A stretch of DNA of 35,258 nt from assembly GCA_048885865.1 (NCBI GenBank), contig JBHLLF010000027.1, positions 1 through 35,258 on the forward strand, written 5' to 3'. The notes beneath the pieces were generated by a model, which did not search any database, was not told the origin of the DNA, and saw nothing but the letters and a program-made list of their open reading frames with translations. This document shows positions 27,240-35,258 of this stretch, piece by piece. The position numbers and the translations under genes are program-made. This DNA comes from Candidatus Hermodarchaeota archaeon. Its GTDB lineage: Archaea; Asgardarchaeota; Thorarchaeia; Thorarchaeales; Thorarchaeaceae. Positions within the stretch are counted from its first letter, which is position 1, and each line of letters opens with the position of its first letter.

Positions 27240-28250
27240 ATGACTGAATCCAAATGGGAAGAATTTGTAAAACAGCATCCGAAAATCAAGTTCTTCTTTA
27301 CCGGTGGTAAAGGTGGTGTAGGAAAGACCGTCAGTGCTGCGGCGATTGCCCAATACTTTGTTTCTCGAGGGAAAAAGACTCTTCTTGCCTCTTTGAATCC
27401 AGTGCATTCTCTGTCCACCCTATATGGTCAGGACATTTGGGGACGCGGCATCCAAAAGATCGAAGGAGCGGAGAACTTGTGGGGTGTTGAGGTTGATATC
27501 ACAAAAAAGATGACGACTTATAGAAGCCAGCTCACAGAACGCATTACCTCGTTTCTCAAGTGGGCTGATATTCCTGTGAATCCCGAGGCATTTATCGAAA
27601 TTGCTGTCACAAATCCGGCTTTTGAGGAATCTGCTCAATTTGACACAATGACTGACATTATGCTTGAACAGGGCGATGAATATGATGTAATTGTCTTTGA
27701 CTGCGCCGCAGTGGCTAACGCTATTCGGCTACTTGGTCTCAGTAAAATCTACGACCTTTGGCTCAGTCGTATGATTGAGAGCAGAAAGGAGGCTCTATCC
27801 CTCAGAGTGCAGCTCTCTTTCAGAAAAGATAAGATTGCGGAAGAGGTAAAGAGTGATCCGATGCTGGGTGACCTGCTACGTCAACATGAGAAGAACCGCA
27901 AGGCAAAGGAGATACTTAGCGATGTTGAGAGGACTGCATTCGTATTTGTGACAATTCCCCTAGCGCTTCCAATTGCTGTTGTGCAGCGGTTCATTAAGAT
28001 GGTTCAAGCATTCGATATCCCGGTTGGAGGAGTGTTTGTAAACAGAATTATCCCGAAGATGGCTGCTGATGAAGACGCAACTGAATACATGAAGAACAGC
28101 TATCTTCAGCAGTCTAGATATATGGATATGATTAGCGAGCAGCTCGGAGAGATGGTCAACGCCTATGTGCCTCTATACCCCTCTGAAGTAGCAGGTGTGG
28201 AGGGTATTGAGAGATTCTGTCAGGACATGCTTACTTTCAATCCTGAATGA
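27240..28250 (+). CDS. ArsA/GET3 family ATPase with degenerate switch motifs
   Basis: GGKGGVGKT, SLNPVHSLS (D to N), VIVFDCAAVAN, GVFVNR, EVAG; 4 nt after the previous gene. Confidence 0.92.
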   Translation: MTESKWEEFVKQHPKIKFFFTGGKGGVGKTVSAAAIAQYFVSRGKKTLLASLNPVHSLSTLYGQDIWGRGIQKIEGAENLWGVEVDITKKMTTYRSQLTERITSFLKWADIPVNPEAFIEIAVTNPAFEESAQFDTMTDIMLEQGDEYDVIVFDCAAVANAIRLLGLSKIYDLWLSRMIESRKEALSLRVQLSFRKDKIAEEVKSDPMLGDLLRQHEKNRKAKEILSDVERTAFVFVTIPLALPIAVVQRFIKMVQAFDIPVGGVFVNRIIPKMAADEDATEYMKNSYLQQSRYMDMISEQLGEMVNAYVPLYPSEVAGVEGIERFCQDMLTFNPE

Positions 28251-28411
28251 CCAATCAATGGTTTAGTGTAGCTCTGCATTGAATGAAACGAAATAGGCAA
28301 TTCAGAATTATCGCTAATCCCTTGAAATAGAGCCTTGCCTAAAAATATCACTATAGTTAACCTTTAAAGCATTTTTCTACATGCTGGCTCTGGGAATGGT
28401 GTGTATTACCA

Positions 28412-28771
28412 ATGGCAATTATGGTTGGACCCGAAGACATCCTGAGTATTGATATTCGCTATCGCGAGAAGGGTGATACTACTGATGGCTATGCAGTCGT
28501 CCGCCTTCGAGAGCATGTGGAGAATGCTAGTATCTTTCATTTCATGTTCTCGATGAGCAATGACGCCTTTTACAAGCAAGTATCAGAATTGAGTACGGTA
28601 TCCAAGAAATCTGGCTACCATCTGGACCTACGTGAGAAATCCAGATTCACGTTGGCTTTAGAGAAGATGATGGTAGGTGCCCTCGCAGGGACTGAGTATC
28701 AAAGCTATGGCTGTCCTTCTTGCCGAATGATTGATGCATTCATCTCATCTGAGCGGCATGTAATGCCATAG
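28412..28771 (+). CDS. Hypothetical protein with C-terminal CPSC motif
   Basis: 119-aa ATG ORF with TATA-like TTTAAA upstream. Confidence 0.65.
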   Translation: MAIMVGPEDILSIDIRYREKGDTTDGYAVVRLREHVENASIFHFMFSMSNDAFYKQVSELSTVSKKSGYHLDLREKSRFTLALEKMMVGALAGTEYQSYGCPSCRMIDAFISSERHVMP

Positions 28772-28897
28772 GAAAGATATCCTTGTCGAGAGACAAGGAT
28801 TTGTGCATTGCAATTCATCCGCGCGACGTTCAGATGCATCTCTGTTAAGCATACTTAAGAGAGTGAAGTCCTTTATTCGATCAACTCGCTGCTGGGG

Positions 28898-29836
28898 TTG
28901 GTCTGTGAATTGCGAATTGCTATTATGGGAACAGGCGGTGTTGGTGGGTACTTTGGAGGATTACTGGCCAAATCTGGTCAAGATGTTGTTTTCATTGCTA
29001 GAGGAGAGCATCTTAAGGCAATCAAGAAGAACGGATTGCAGATTCGGAGTCCAAAGGGTGATTTCACAGTTCAATCAGTAGCGACAGATAAACCATCTGA
29101 GATTGATCCGGTTGATCTGATTCTCTTCTGTGTTAAGGGCTACGACACAGAAGATGCTGCCTATCAGGTCAAACCATTAGTGTCAAAAGGCACCATAGTT
29201 GTGTCATTGCAGAATGGTGTAGAGAAGGAGGAGATACTTGGCAGCATTCTTGGTGCTGACAATGTGATGGGCGGATTGTGCGCCTTGAGCGCCTATATTG
29301 AAGCGCCCGGAATAATCAATCATGAAGGACTAGAAAGGCTTGCTTTTGGTGAAATAGACGGGAGAGAATCTGAGCGAGGAAAGCAAATTCTTGAAGTATT
29401 CAAAAGCGCAGGAATAAATGCAAGCCTATCAACGAATATTGTTGCTGAGGAGTGGGAGAAATTCGCTTTCATTTGTGCGGTTGGAGGTCTCTGCAGCCTA
29501 ACAGGATTACCTGTGGGCCCAATCCTAGGCTATGAAGGAACGAAACAGCTGTATGAGCAGACTATGGCTGAAATCATTGAGATTGCTAGAGTAAAGGGTG
29601 TTTCATTGTCTGATGATGTTCTGCAGAAACTCATGAGCTTCTCACTTGGTCTTAATCCTGATATTAGACCGTCGATGTATCGCGACCTGATGAATAAGAG
29701 GAGAATTGAGATTGATATCCTAAACGGTGCAGTGGTGCGTCTTGGTCGCGCATTTCATGTTTCCACTCCGACAAATGACTTCATCTTTGCATGCCTTGAT
29801 GCCGTAAACAAAGTGAATCTGGGAATCAGAACCTAG
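28898..29836 (+). CDS. panE: 2-dehydropantoate 2-reductase (ketopantoate reductase)
   Basis: IAIMGTGGVGGYFG, CVKGYD, LQNGV, WEKF, PSMYRDL..KRRIEIDILNGAVV. Confidence 0.93.
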   Translation: MVCELRIAIMGTGGVGGYFGGLLAKSGQDVVFIARGEHLKAIKKNGLQIRSPKGDFTVQSVATDKPSEIDPVDLILFCVKGYDTEDAAYQVKPLVSKGTIVVSLQNGVEKEEILGSILGADNVMGGLCALSAYIEAPGIINHEGLERLAFGEIDGRESERGKQILEVFKSAGINASLSTNIVAEEWEKFAFICAVGGLCSLTGLPVGPILGYEGTKQLYEQTMAEIIEIARVKGVSLSDDVLQKLMSFSLGLNPDIRPSMYRDLMNKRRIEIDILNGAVVRLGRAFHVSTPTNDFIFACLDAVNKVNLGIRT

Positions 29837-29897
29837 TTTGGACGGTCCACGGCAAAGGCTATAGGTTGCCGATATAGACCAGACATCCGGTGATATC

Positions 29898-30446
29898 ATG
29901 CGTATCTCAGGCTTGGATGAAGAGAGCAAGGCAGTAATTGATGTAGCACGTCTTATGCTTCTCGCGGCTAGGACTGCTCCCAAGGCCGCAGGCAAAGATG
30001 ACATTGAAACCGTTATTCTTACTGGAAAGGAGAAGGACGACATTGCTAAGGAGATGAGGGGAATGGCGGAAAAATACGGAGAGCATTATATTCGAGATGC
30101 AATAAATGTGGAGCAATCGTCGGCACTTGTTCTTCTGGGACTGAAGGGTTTCAAGTCTGTGGGAGTCAACTGTGGAGCTTGCGGTCATGAAACCTGTTCT
30201 GATTTCTCAAAAGCTGAGCAGAAGAAAGGAGCAGCATATGAGGGACCCATCTGCACAATTAAGGCGCTTGACCTCGGTATTGCATTGGGAAGCGCAGTCA
30301 AGACGGCACAGATTCACAATGTGGATAACCGAATCTTCTATCGAGCTGGTGCTGCAGCTCACAAGATGAAATTGATGCCTGACTGTCCAATTATCCTTTG
30401 CATTCCGCTGTCTGCAACTGGAAAGAGTGTCTTCTTCGATCGATAG
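29898..30446 (+). CDS. Ferredoxin-domain-containing protein (DUF2148/COG4739 type)
   Basis: AARTAPKAAG, NCGACG..C, GPIC, DLGIALGSA, VDNRIFYRAG, IPLSATGKSVFFDR. Confidence 0.88.
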   Translation: MRISGLDEESKAVIDVARLMLLAARTAPKAAGKDDIETVILTGKEKDDIAKEMRGMAEKYGEHYIRDAINVEQSSALVLLGLKGFKSVGVNCGACGHETCSDFSKAEQKKGAAYEGPICTIKALDLGIALGSAVKTAQIHNVDNRIFYRAGAAAHKMKLMPDCPIILCIPLSATGKSVFFDR

Positions 30447-30644
30447 TATTGTGGGTGTTAGCGGCTCCATGTCTTGAATCAAAAGCGGTTCATTTCATCG
30501 GTTTATGCTTGCTCGATTCCTAGCAAGTGTCAGTGCGATTGAAGCTTCTATTTAGAAGCCTTCAGACCATGAAATCAGAGATGTCCGGCCCTTTAGAATG
30601 AAAATACTTCCAAACCATCTGTTCCTTTGAATAGATATGGCAAT

Positions 30645-31055
30645 TCATAGCTGTGCGATGAGCTTCTTTATGACTGAATGGTGACGTTTCTCATCCTCAA
30701 GAACATGCTCAAGCAGGTTTCGAACTGTTTCGTCATCCACTGATTTGACATTCTTCTTGATTAGTTCAATCATTCCCTCTTCTAGTTTGATGTGCCTTTC
30801 AAGCTCGATGGGGGAAACATATTCTCCAATTTTCCTACTCACAGCTAAATCCCAATCAGATGGAGGAAGAAGAATGTTCTCTTTAAGGACTTCGAATATT
30901 CTCTTGTGTTTCTTGGAGTCCATTAAGAGCCCTTCAAAAATGAGTCTGAATGCGAAATTCCCAATCATCGCCAATGCATCCTCATATGCCTTGATAGCTC
31001 TATCTTCGACTTCTATCTGTCTGTCAAGCAATTTGACAAGCTGATCACGATCCAT
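30645..31055 (-). CDS. Ferritin-like/rubrerythrin-like diiron four-helix protein
   Basis: Internally duplicated E...(D/E)xxH motifs: VEDRAIKAY...DSKKH and LEEGMIE...DEKRH. Confidence 0.82.
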   Translation of the reverse strand: MDRDQLVKLLDRQIEVEDRAIKAYEDALAMIGNFAFRLIFEGLLMDSKKHKRIFEVLKENILLPPSDWDLAVSRKIGEYVSPIELERHIKLEEGMIELIKKNVKSVDDETVRNLLEHVLEDEKRHHSVIKKLIAQL

Positions 31056-31191
31056 ATTATTCCCTCATGCTCTTCTTCTAGATTGAGGGATATCAAACAC
31101 CCCTATTTGGCATTTATTATCTGACAATATCATGCGTGGAACCCAAGCCCTCACAAGAAGCGGTTCCAAATTGAGCATCTACATGCTGACC

Positions 31192-31455
31192 TCAATAAAG
31201 CGCGTCTGTGAAATCACGTTCCTTGAACAGTGATCGTTTCCAGTATCTGATATTGGGAACCGCATAAGGTAGGAGCTTCAATGAATAATAGGGTGGAAGA
31301 ATCGGTATTCCTAACATATCGCCATGTGTTATTATCATAAACAGGTTTTCAAGGTACATCCGTGTCTTTAGAGCATATCTTGCCATGCCATGAAATGCCA
31401 TGCCATAGATGAAGTCTCTTACAGCTTTTGCTATTTCTTGTCTCGTCCAAACCAA
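31192..31455 (-). CDS. Small CstA/ArsA-associated protein, detached inverted copy of paralog 3
   Basis: Near-identical to 25893-26180 (GMARYALKTRMYLE.LFM.IT.GDMLGIPILPPYYSLKLLPYAVPNI..WKR.LFKERDFTDAL). Confidence 0.82.
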   Translation of the reverse strand: MVWTRQEIAKAVRDFIYGMAFHGMARYALKTRMYLENLFMIITHGDMLGIPILPPYYSLKLLPYAVPNIRYWKRSLFKERDFTDALY

Positions 31456-31594
31456 GAGAATAACCTCTCATGCGGTATTGCTGACCTTGAGTCTTCCTGA
31501 GCATTTGAACTTAGCTTGTCTGTTACGAGCTCAACTCCATTTAGCAAAGACAATTAGGTTGGTCCTGCAAGAAGATCAAGACATCTCCATCGAG

Positions 31595-32455
31595 TCATTG
31601 CCTGCTAAGGTCATCTCGAGTGCTGAGTGCAAGTGTGTCATTCCTGCAAAGGATTTCCAAGCCGACTAATAGCTTTAGAATTGAGAAACCTTGCCTTTCT
31701 ACTATCCTTATTAAACTCAATAGACTTGATTTGCCATCAAGTTTGTCACTGACGAATTTGATTTCATTAGCTCCATAATTGTCAGTAAGAGTATGTTCAC
31801 ACATGACATCAAATACATTGCGTTTTAATGCTGTAATCGGTGCTATAGAAGTGCTTTCAGCAATCCTTTTGATTATTTCACGATCCAAATCATAGTTAAT
31901 AGCAATAGATTCCTCAATCACCTTCAGAAGCGGAACTATAGTTGCTGGGGACAGAGGAGCCGCACCATCAAGAGCTGAGAGCATACTACTCAGTGTAGCT
32001 GTGAGTTCTAGCCTTTTGTCTTCACTCTTGATAACGAAACGACCTTTCAGTCTGCCAGAAGGAGATGTAAGGATTCCAATTGTTGGTCCTGGTGCAGAAA
32101 GCGATACTATAGCGACACCCTTATTGTCGGCATACTCAATGCCGCGAATGCTTATCAGGTCATCTAGCAAATCCGGCATTTCGGCGAACCTGTTGAGGGA
32201 TTTACGCTCTGCAAGAGCTAATTCCAAGGCGTCATGCTTTGAGTCTTCAGTTAACACTACATCATGGCCTTCTATACCTCGAATTCGATAGTCTCCATCA
32301 ATATAGACAATCATGGTATGGCTTGGCTTTCCATGCTGCATTACTATGGACAAGGGAAAGTTAGTCGCGTTTTCCACAAGCTCAGTATCAACCTCGACCA
32401 TTATCTGATTCTTGCATATGGGGCATTTGGCTGAAATATTCCTTATCGGTGACAT
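31595..32455 (-). CDS. Hypothetical protein with N-terminal CxxC...H...H Zn-binding-like domain and possible C-terminal winged helix
   Basis: CPICK...FPLSIVMQHGKPSHTMIVYIDGDYRIRGIE; C-terminal KLDGKSSLLSLIRI. Confidence 0.75.
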   Translation of the reverse strand: MSPIRNISAKCPICKNQIMVEVDTELVENATNFPLSIVMQHGKPSHTMIVYIDGDYRIRGIEGHDVVLTEDSKHDALELALAERKSLNRFAEMPDLLDDLISIRGIEYADNKGVAIVSLSAPGPTIGILTSPSGRLKGRFVIKSEDKRLELTATLSSMLSALDGAAPLSPATIVPLLKVIEESIAINYDLDREIIKRIAESTSIAPITALKRNVFDVMCEHTLTDNYGANEIKFVSDKLDGKSSLLSLIRIVERQGFSILKLLVGLEILCRNDTLALSTRDDLSRQ

Positions 32456-32587
32456 GATTCAAACAACTCCAAGCCATGATGGTACTCAAATGGAAATCAT
32501 TAGAACTGTATATGAGGTTGTCACGATGAGCAAAAATAAGAATCAATTTGGTATTATCCCATAGAGCGACTCAGATGACCTCAACTG

Positions 32588-33103
32588 TCATTCAGAAATA
32601 CAATCCCTAATCATCGTTCTAATTCGAGTCTCCAATTCATCGAAATTAGTCCCATCTTTAGCGCTCACCATCAAATATTCGAGATTGTATTTCTCTGAAA
32701 ATCTACGAATTTCTTCTTGATCTATCAAGTTTGGATTATCGATTTTATTAGCGATAAGCAACTTGTATTGGTCTGGGATGCCACAAGTAATTGGCATCCA
32801 CTCCTCAATAGCTAGCAATGTTCTGTATGAGCTACAGTCAAACACTATTAATGCAATCTTTGCTCCAACCATAAGAGGCGCTTGGAAGAACCTGAATTGC
32901 TCTTGTCCTCCAAAATCAAAGAATGTTATTTTGCTAGCTGGCAAATCATCAAAAAGAACCATCCAGGTATCAATATCGACTCCGACGGTCATTGACCTTT
33001 CAATGAAATTTCCACTTACCAGCCTGGCAACTAGTGTGCTCTTTCCTACTCCACCAGCACCTAACAGGCTTATTTTTATGATGTCTTGTCGAGTCAATCC
33101 CAT
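32588..33103 (-). CDS. Small Ras-superfamily GTPase (Rab/Roc-like)
   Basis: G1 GAGGVGKS, G2 TVGVD, G3 DFGGQ, G4 NKID, G5 SAK. Confidence 0.95.
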   Translation of the reverse strand: MGLTRQDIIKISLLGAGGVGKSTLVARLVSGNFIERSMTVGVDIDTWMVLFDDLPASKITFFDFGGQEQFRFFQAPLMVGAKIALIVFDCSSYRTLLAIEEWMPITCGIPDQYKLLIANKIDNPNLIDQEEIRRFSEKYNLEYLMVSAKDGTNFDELETRIRTMIRDCISE

Positions 33104-33327
33104 TCATGCCCCAAAAAGCGCCAATCCTTTTTACAATATGGTGGATGGAGCATTTACTCTAAAAAGGCAAATCCTGATTTAGACTTTTGAAAGTAGTTTG
33201 CATCACTATGTGCCCAGCCTCGGATGTTTGGCAATATCATCCATTTTCATATTGGCAATGCTATTACATAGATAGCATCTACTGGTGCAACTATGGAATA
33301 TTGACGAAAGCTATGTGAATAGAAGCT

Positions 33328-34539
33328 TCACCAGTCGTCCTCATCTAGATTATGATGATGTTCTTCATCCTCAGTATCAGCAAAGTAGCCTCCAGTTCGC
33401 AATGGGCTGAACTCTCTGAGACGTTCAACAACTGGAACAAGGGTTTCCACAAATCTGTCTATCTCTTCTTTTATGTTGAAGCGTGAGAATGACGCCCTTA
33501 TGGAGCCATGAGAGACCTCTGGAGGCAGCCCGATTGCCTTCAGAACATGACTACCTACAAGCGTCTTCGAGGAACAAGCTGATCCAGTGGAAACAGCAAA
33601 TCCCTCCATATCCAGATGAACGAGTATCGCCTCTCCTTCTATCATTTCTATGACCATGCTGAAGATGTGCGGGACTCTTTGTGTTGGGTGGCCCGTTATC
33701 TTATACCCGGTCAGAGATTCTGCGATTCTCTTCTCCATGTACTTCCGTAGTGAAAGGAGGTGTTCATTTTCAGTCTCACCCCACACTTCAATAGCCTTAC
33801 CCATTCCAACAGCTGCTGGAATGTTCTCCACACCCGGCCTTAATCGACGTTCTTCATCTCCGCCTTCCATGACTTTGGTTATTCGCGTCTTTCTTCTGAT
33901 GAATAGAGCTCCCACTCCTTTAGGCCCATGAATATGATGTGCATCTATGGTGATAAGATTGACCCGATTGGACTCCGTATCGATTGGCACTTTCAAATAT
34001 GTATGAGTGGCATCAGTATGAAACATGATGTCCTTTTCAGCAGCTATCTTAGCAATCTCATCAATAGGCTGGAGGGTGCCTATCTCTCCGTTGGCATGTT
34101 GAACTGAAATCAGCTGAGTGTCCTTCCTAATCATGCTAAGAAGTTCATCGATGTCCACAAGTCCATATTCATCTACGCTGAGATATGAGATGTCATATCC
34201 TGCATTCGATAGCCTGCGGCAGGACTCCATTACTGATTGATGCTCAATTGGAGTTGTAATGATATGCTTACCTCGCTTCTTGTTGGCAATAGCTGTCCCT
34301 CGGATAGCGAGATTGTTTGACTCTGTAGAGCCTGAGGTGAACACTATCGCTCTCGGATCCGCATTGAGCGAGTCTGCCACTATCTTCCTAGCGTTCTCGA
34401 GCCCAGTAAGTGCTGCGACATCTCTTGAATGACTGAGTTCAAGACCGGCTGTTCCATAATACTCCCTGAAATAGGGGAGCATTGCTTCAATCACGCGTTC
34501 ATCTACCTGAGTAGAATTAGCGTTGTCAAAATAGGCCAC
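33328..34539 (-). CDS. iscS: Cysteine desulfurase IscS/NifS-like protein lacking the PLP lysine
   Basis: YFDNA, FTSGSTESNN, EHQSV, NGEIGTLQP, HTDA, DAHHIHGPKG, STGSACSS, SIRASFSR. Start reassigned to GTG 34539, 7 nt after the upstream stop. Confidence 0.92.
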   Translation of the reverse strand: MAYFDNANSTQVDERVIEAMLPYFREYYGTAGLELSHSRDVAALTGLENARKIVADSLNADPRAIVFTSGSTESNNLAIRGTAIANKKRGKHIITTPIEHQSVMESCRRLSNAGYDISYLSVDEYGLVDIDELLSMIRKDTQLISVQHANGEIGTLQPIDEIAKIAAEKDIMFHTDATHTYLKVPIDTESNRVNLITIDAHHIHGPKGVGALFIRRKTRITKVMEGGDEERRLRPGVENIPAAVGMGKAIEVWGETENEHLLSLRKYMEKRIAESLTGYKITGHPTQRVPHIFSMVIEMIEGEAILVHLDMEGFAVSTGSACSSKTLVGSHVLKAIGLPPEVSHGSIRASFSRFNIKEEIDRFVETLVPVVERLREFSPLRTGGYFADTEDEEHHHNLDEDDW

Positions 34540-34546
34540 ACCTATC

Positions 34547-35008
34547 TTACTCCGTATTGCAAGCATTGCAGTCCATATGGACACCTTCACAGTGCTCTCT
34601 GTGGATGTCGCATAGGGCTCCATCATCTCGCAGGACCTCAATGAGGTGATTTATCTCTCTAGTTGTAGTTTCGTAGGCGTGGTCACTTGGGTCGCTTGGG
34701 CTCGTCTTGCTCCAAGCTTCAATCATTCTATCGGCCGACTTCAGAAGCTCCGGCTTTAAACTCTCAGGAATGTCCACCTGATCGCCTCGTGATCGTTTAG
34801 GCTTGTCCTTCTTGCTGAGCATATATTGGGTTACAGCAGGCTCTGTCACTCCAAGCATGCGAGCAATGGTCTTCTGAGCTTGTCCTCTCTCAAACTTCAT
34901 CACCTTGGCAAGCTCTCTTCTTATTGCAGGGAGAATATACCAGACTTCTACTTCTTGAGGCATTAACCATTTCCTTACTTTCCGCTGCTTGGGTTTCGAC
35001 TGTGACAT
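34547..35008 (-). CDS. Archaeal HTH transcriptional regulator (COG2522-like) with C-terminal Cys/His cluster
   Basis: PQEVEVWYILPAIRRELA, QKTIARMLGVTEPAVTQY...RG, LCDIH...C.....C..C. Confidence 0.82.
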   Translation of the reverse strand: MSQSKPKQRKVRKWLMPQEVEVWYILPAIRRELAKVMKFERGQAQKTIARMLGVTEPAVTQYMLSKKDKPKRSRGDQVDIPESLKPELLKSADRMIEAWSKTSPSDPSDHAYETTTREINHLIEVLRDDGALCDIHREHCEGVHMDCNACNTE

Positions 35009-35157
35009 CCATCTGACCCTCATTCACTATTGTTTCATTCACAATAGTGAAGAAAAGTCCCATATAAGCATGATGGCGATGGCAGGGCCATTGGATTACA
35101 AATTGACATGAAACGAGTTAAGAGGTTTCATAACACGAAGATGGATGGTGGAAGTGC

Positions 35158-35258
35158 TTGATTTCTGAAACAATGAGGGAAGCAGCAAAGATCATCATCG
35201 ATGCGGAATACCTGATTGCTCTAACAGGTGCTGGTGTGTCGAGAGAATCAAATGTGCC
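35158..35258 (+). CDS. cobB: Sir2/CobB NAD-dependent deacylase, N-terminus (runs off window)
   Basis: Manual translation (L)ISETMREAAKIIIDAEYLIALTGAGVSRESNV; sirtuin TGAGxSxES motif. Start is TTG 35158 or ATG 35173. Confidence 0.82.
   Translation, partial: MISETMREAAKIIIDAEYLIALTGAGVSRESNV

Noticed and set aside
26228-28250. Arsenic resistance operon
   Set aside because: No arsB, acr3, arsC, arsD or arsR; single-domain ATPases in a cstA context.
31409-31669. 86-aa plus-strand ORF
   Set aside because: Overlaps two better-supported minus-strand genes and has no motifs.
34540-34641. N-terminal extension of the IscS ORF in the track
   Set aside because: It overlaps the regulator gene; IscS homology starts at VAYFDNA, so GTG 34539 is preferred.

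Overview
Archaeal chromosomal window, most consistent with an Asgard archaeon, possibly Thorarchaeia-like. This is inferred from gene content: a small Rab-like GTPase, a tubulin-like protein, WD40/TPR/LRR proteins, parallel beta-helix surface proteins and GGAGGT-type RBS/TATA-like promoters. No rRNA, tRNA, CRISPR array, integrase or transposase was recognised. Four things stand out. (1) A three-gene minus-strand operon (895-aa helical-repeat protein, 461-aa tubulin-superfamily GTPase with a eukaryote-like H11/H12 C-terminus, 362-aa helical protein) sits divergent from a WD40 + MIT-like + coiled-coil gene, a candidate undescribed cytoskeletal system. (2) Two displaced, synonymously diverged iscU 3' ends, each separated by a cargo gene, suggest serial gene capture at iscU. 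(3) An atypical CstA transporter is followed by three small paralogs and a pair of ArsA/GET3 ATPases, one of which naturally carries the hydrolysis-dead D-to-N change, with a CCDC47-like gene nearby. (4) An IscS-like protein lacks the PLP-binding lysine. The rest is housekeeping or metabolic: acyl-CoA synthetase, RidA, carbamate kinase, NAD-dependent ligase, crotonase, PanE, ferritin-like protein and a sirtuin. All homology calls are by eye from motifs; no searches were run.
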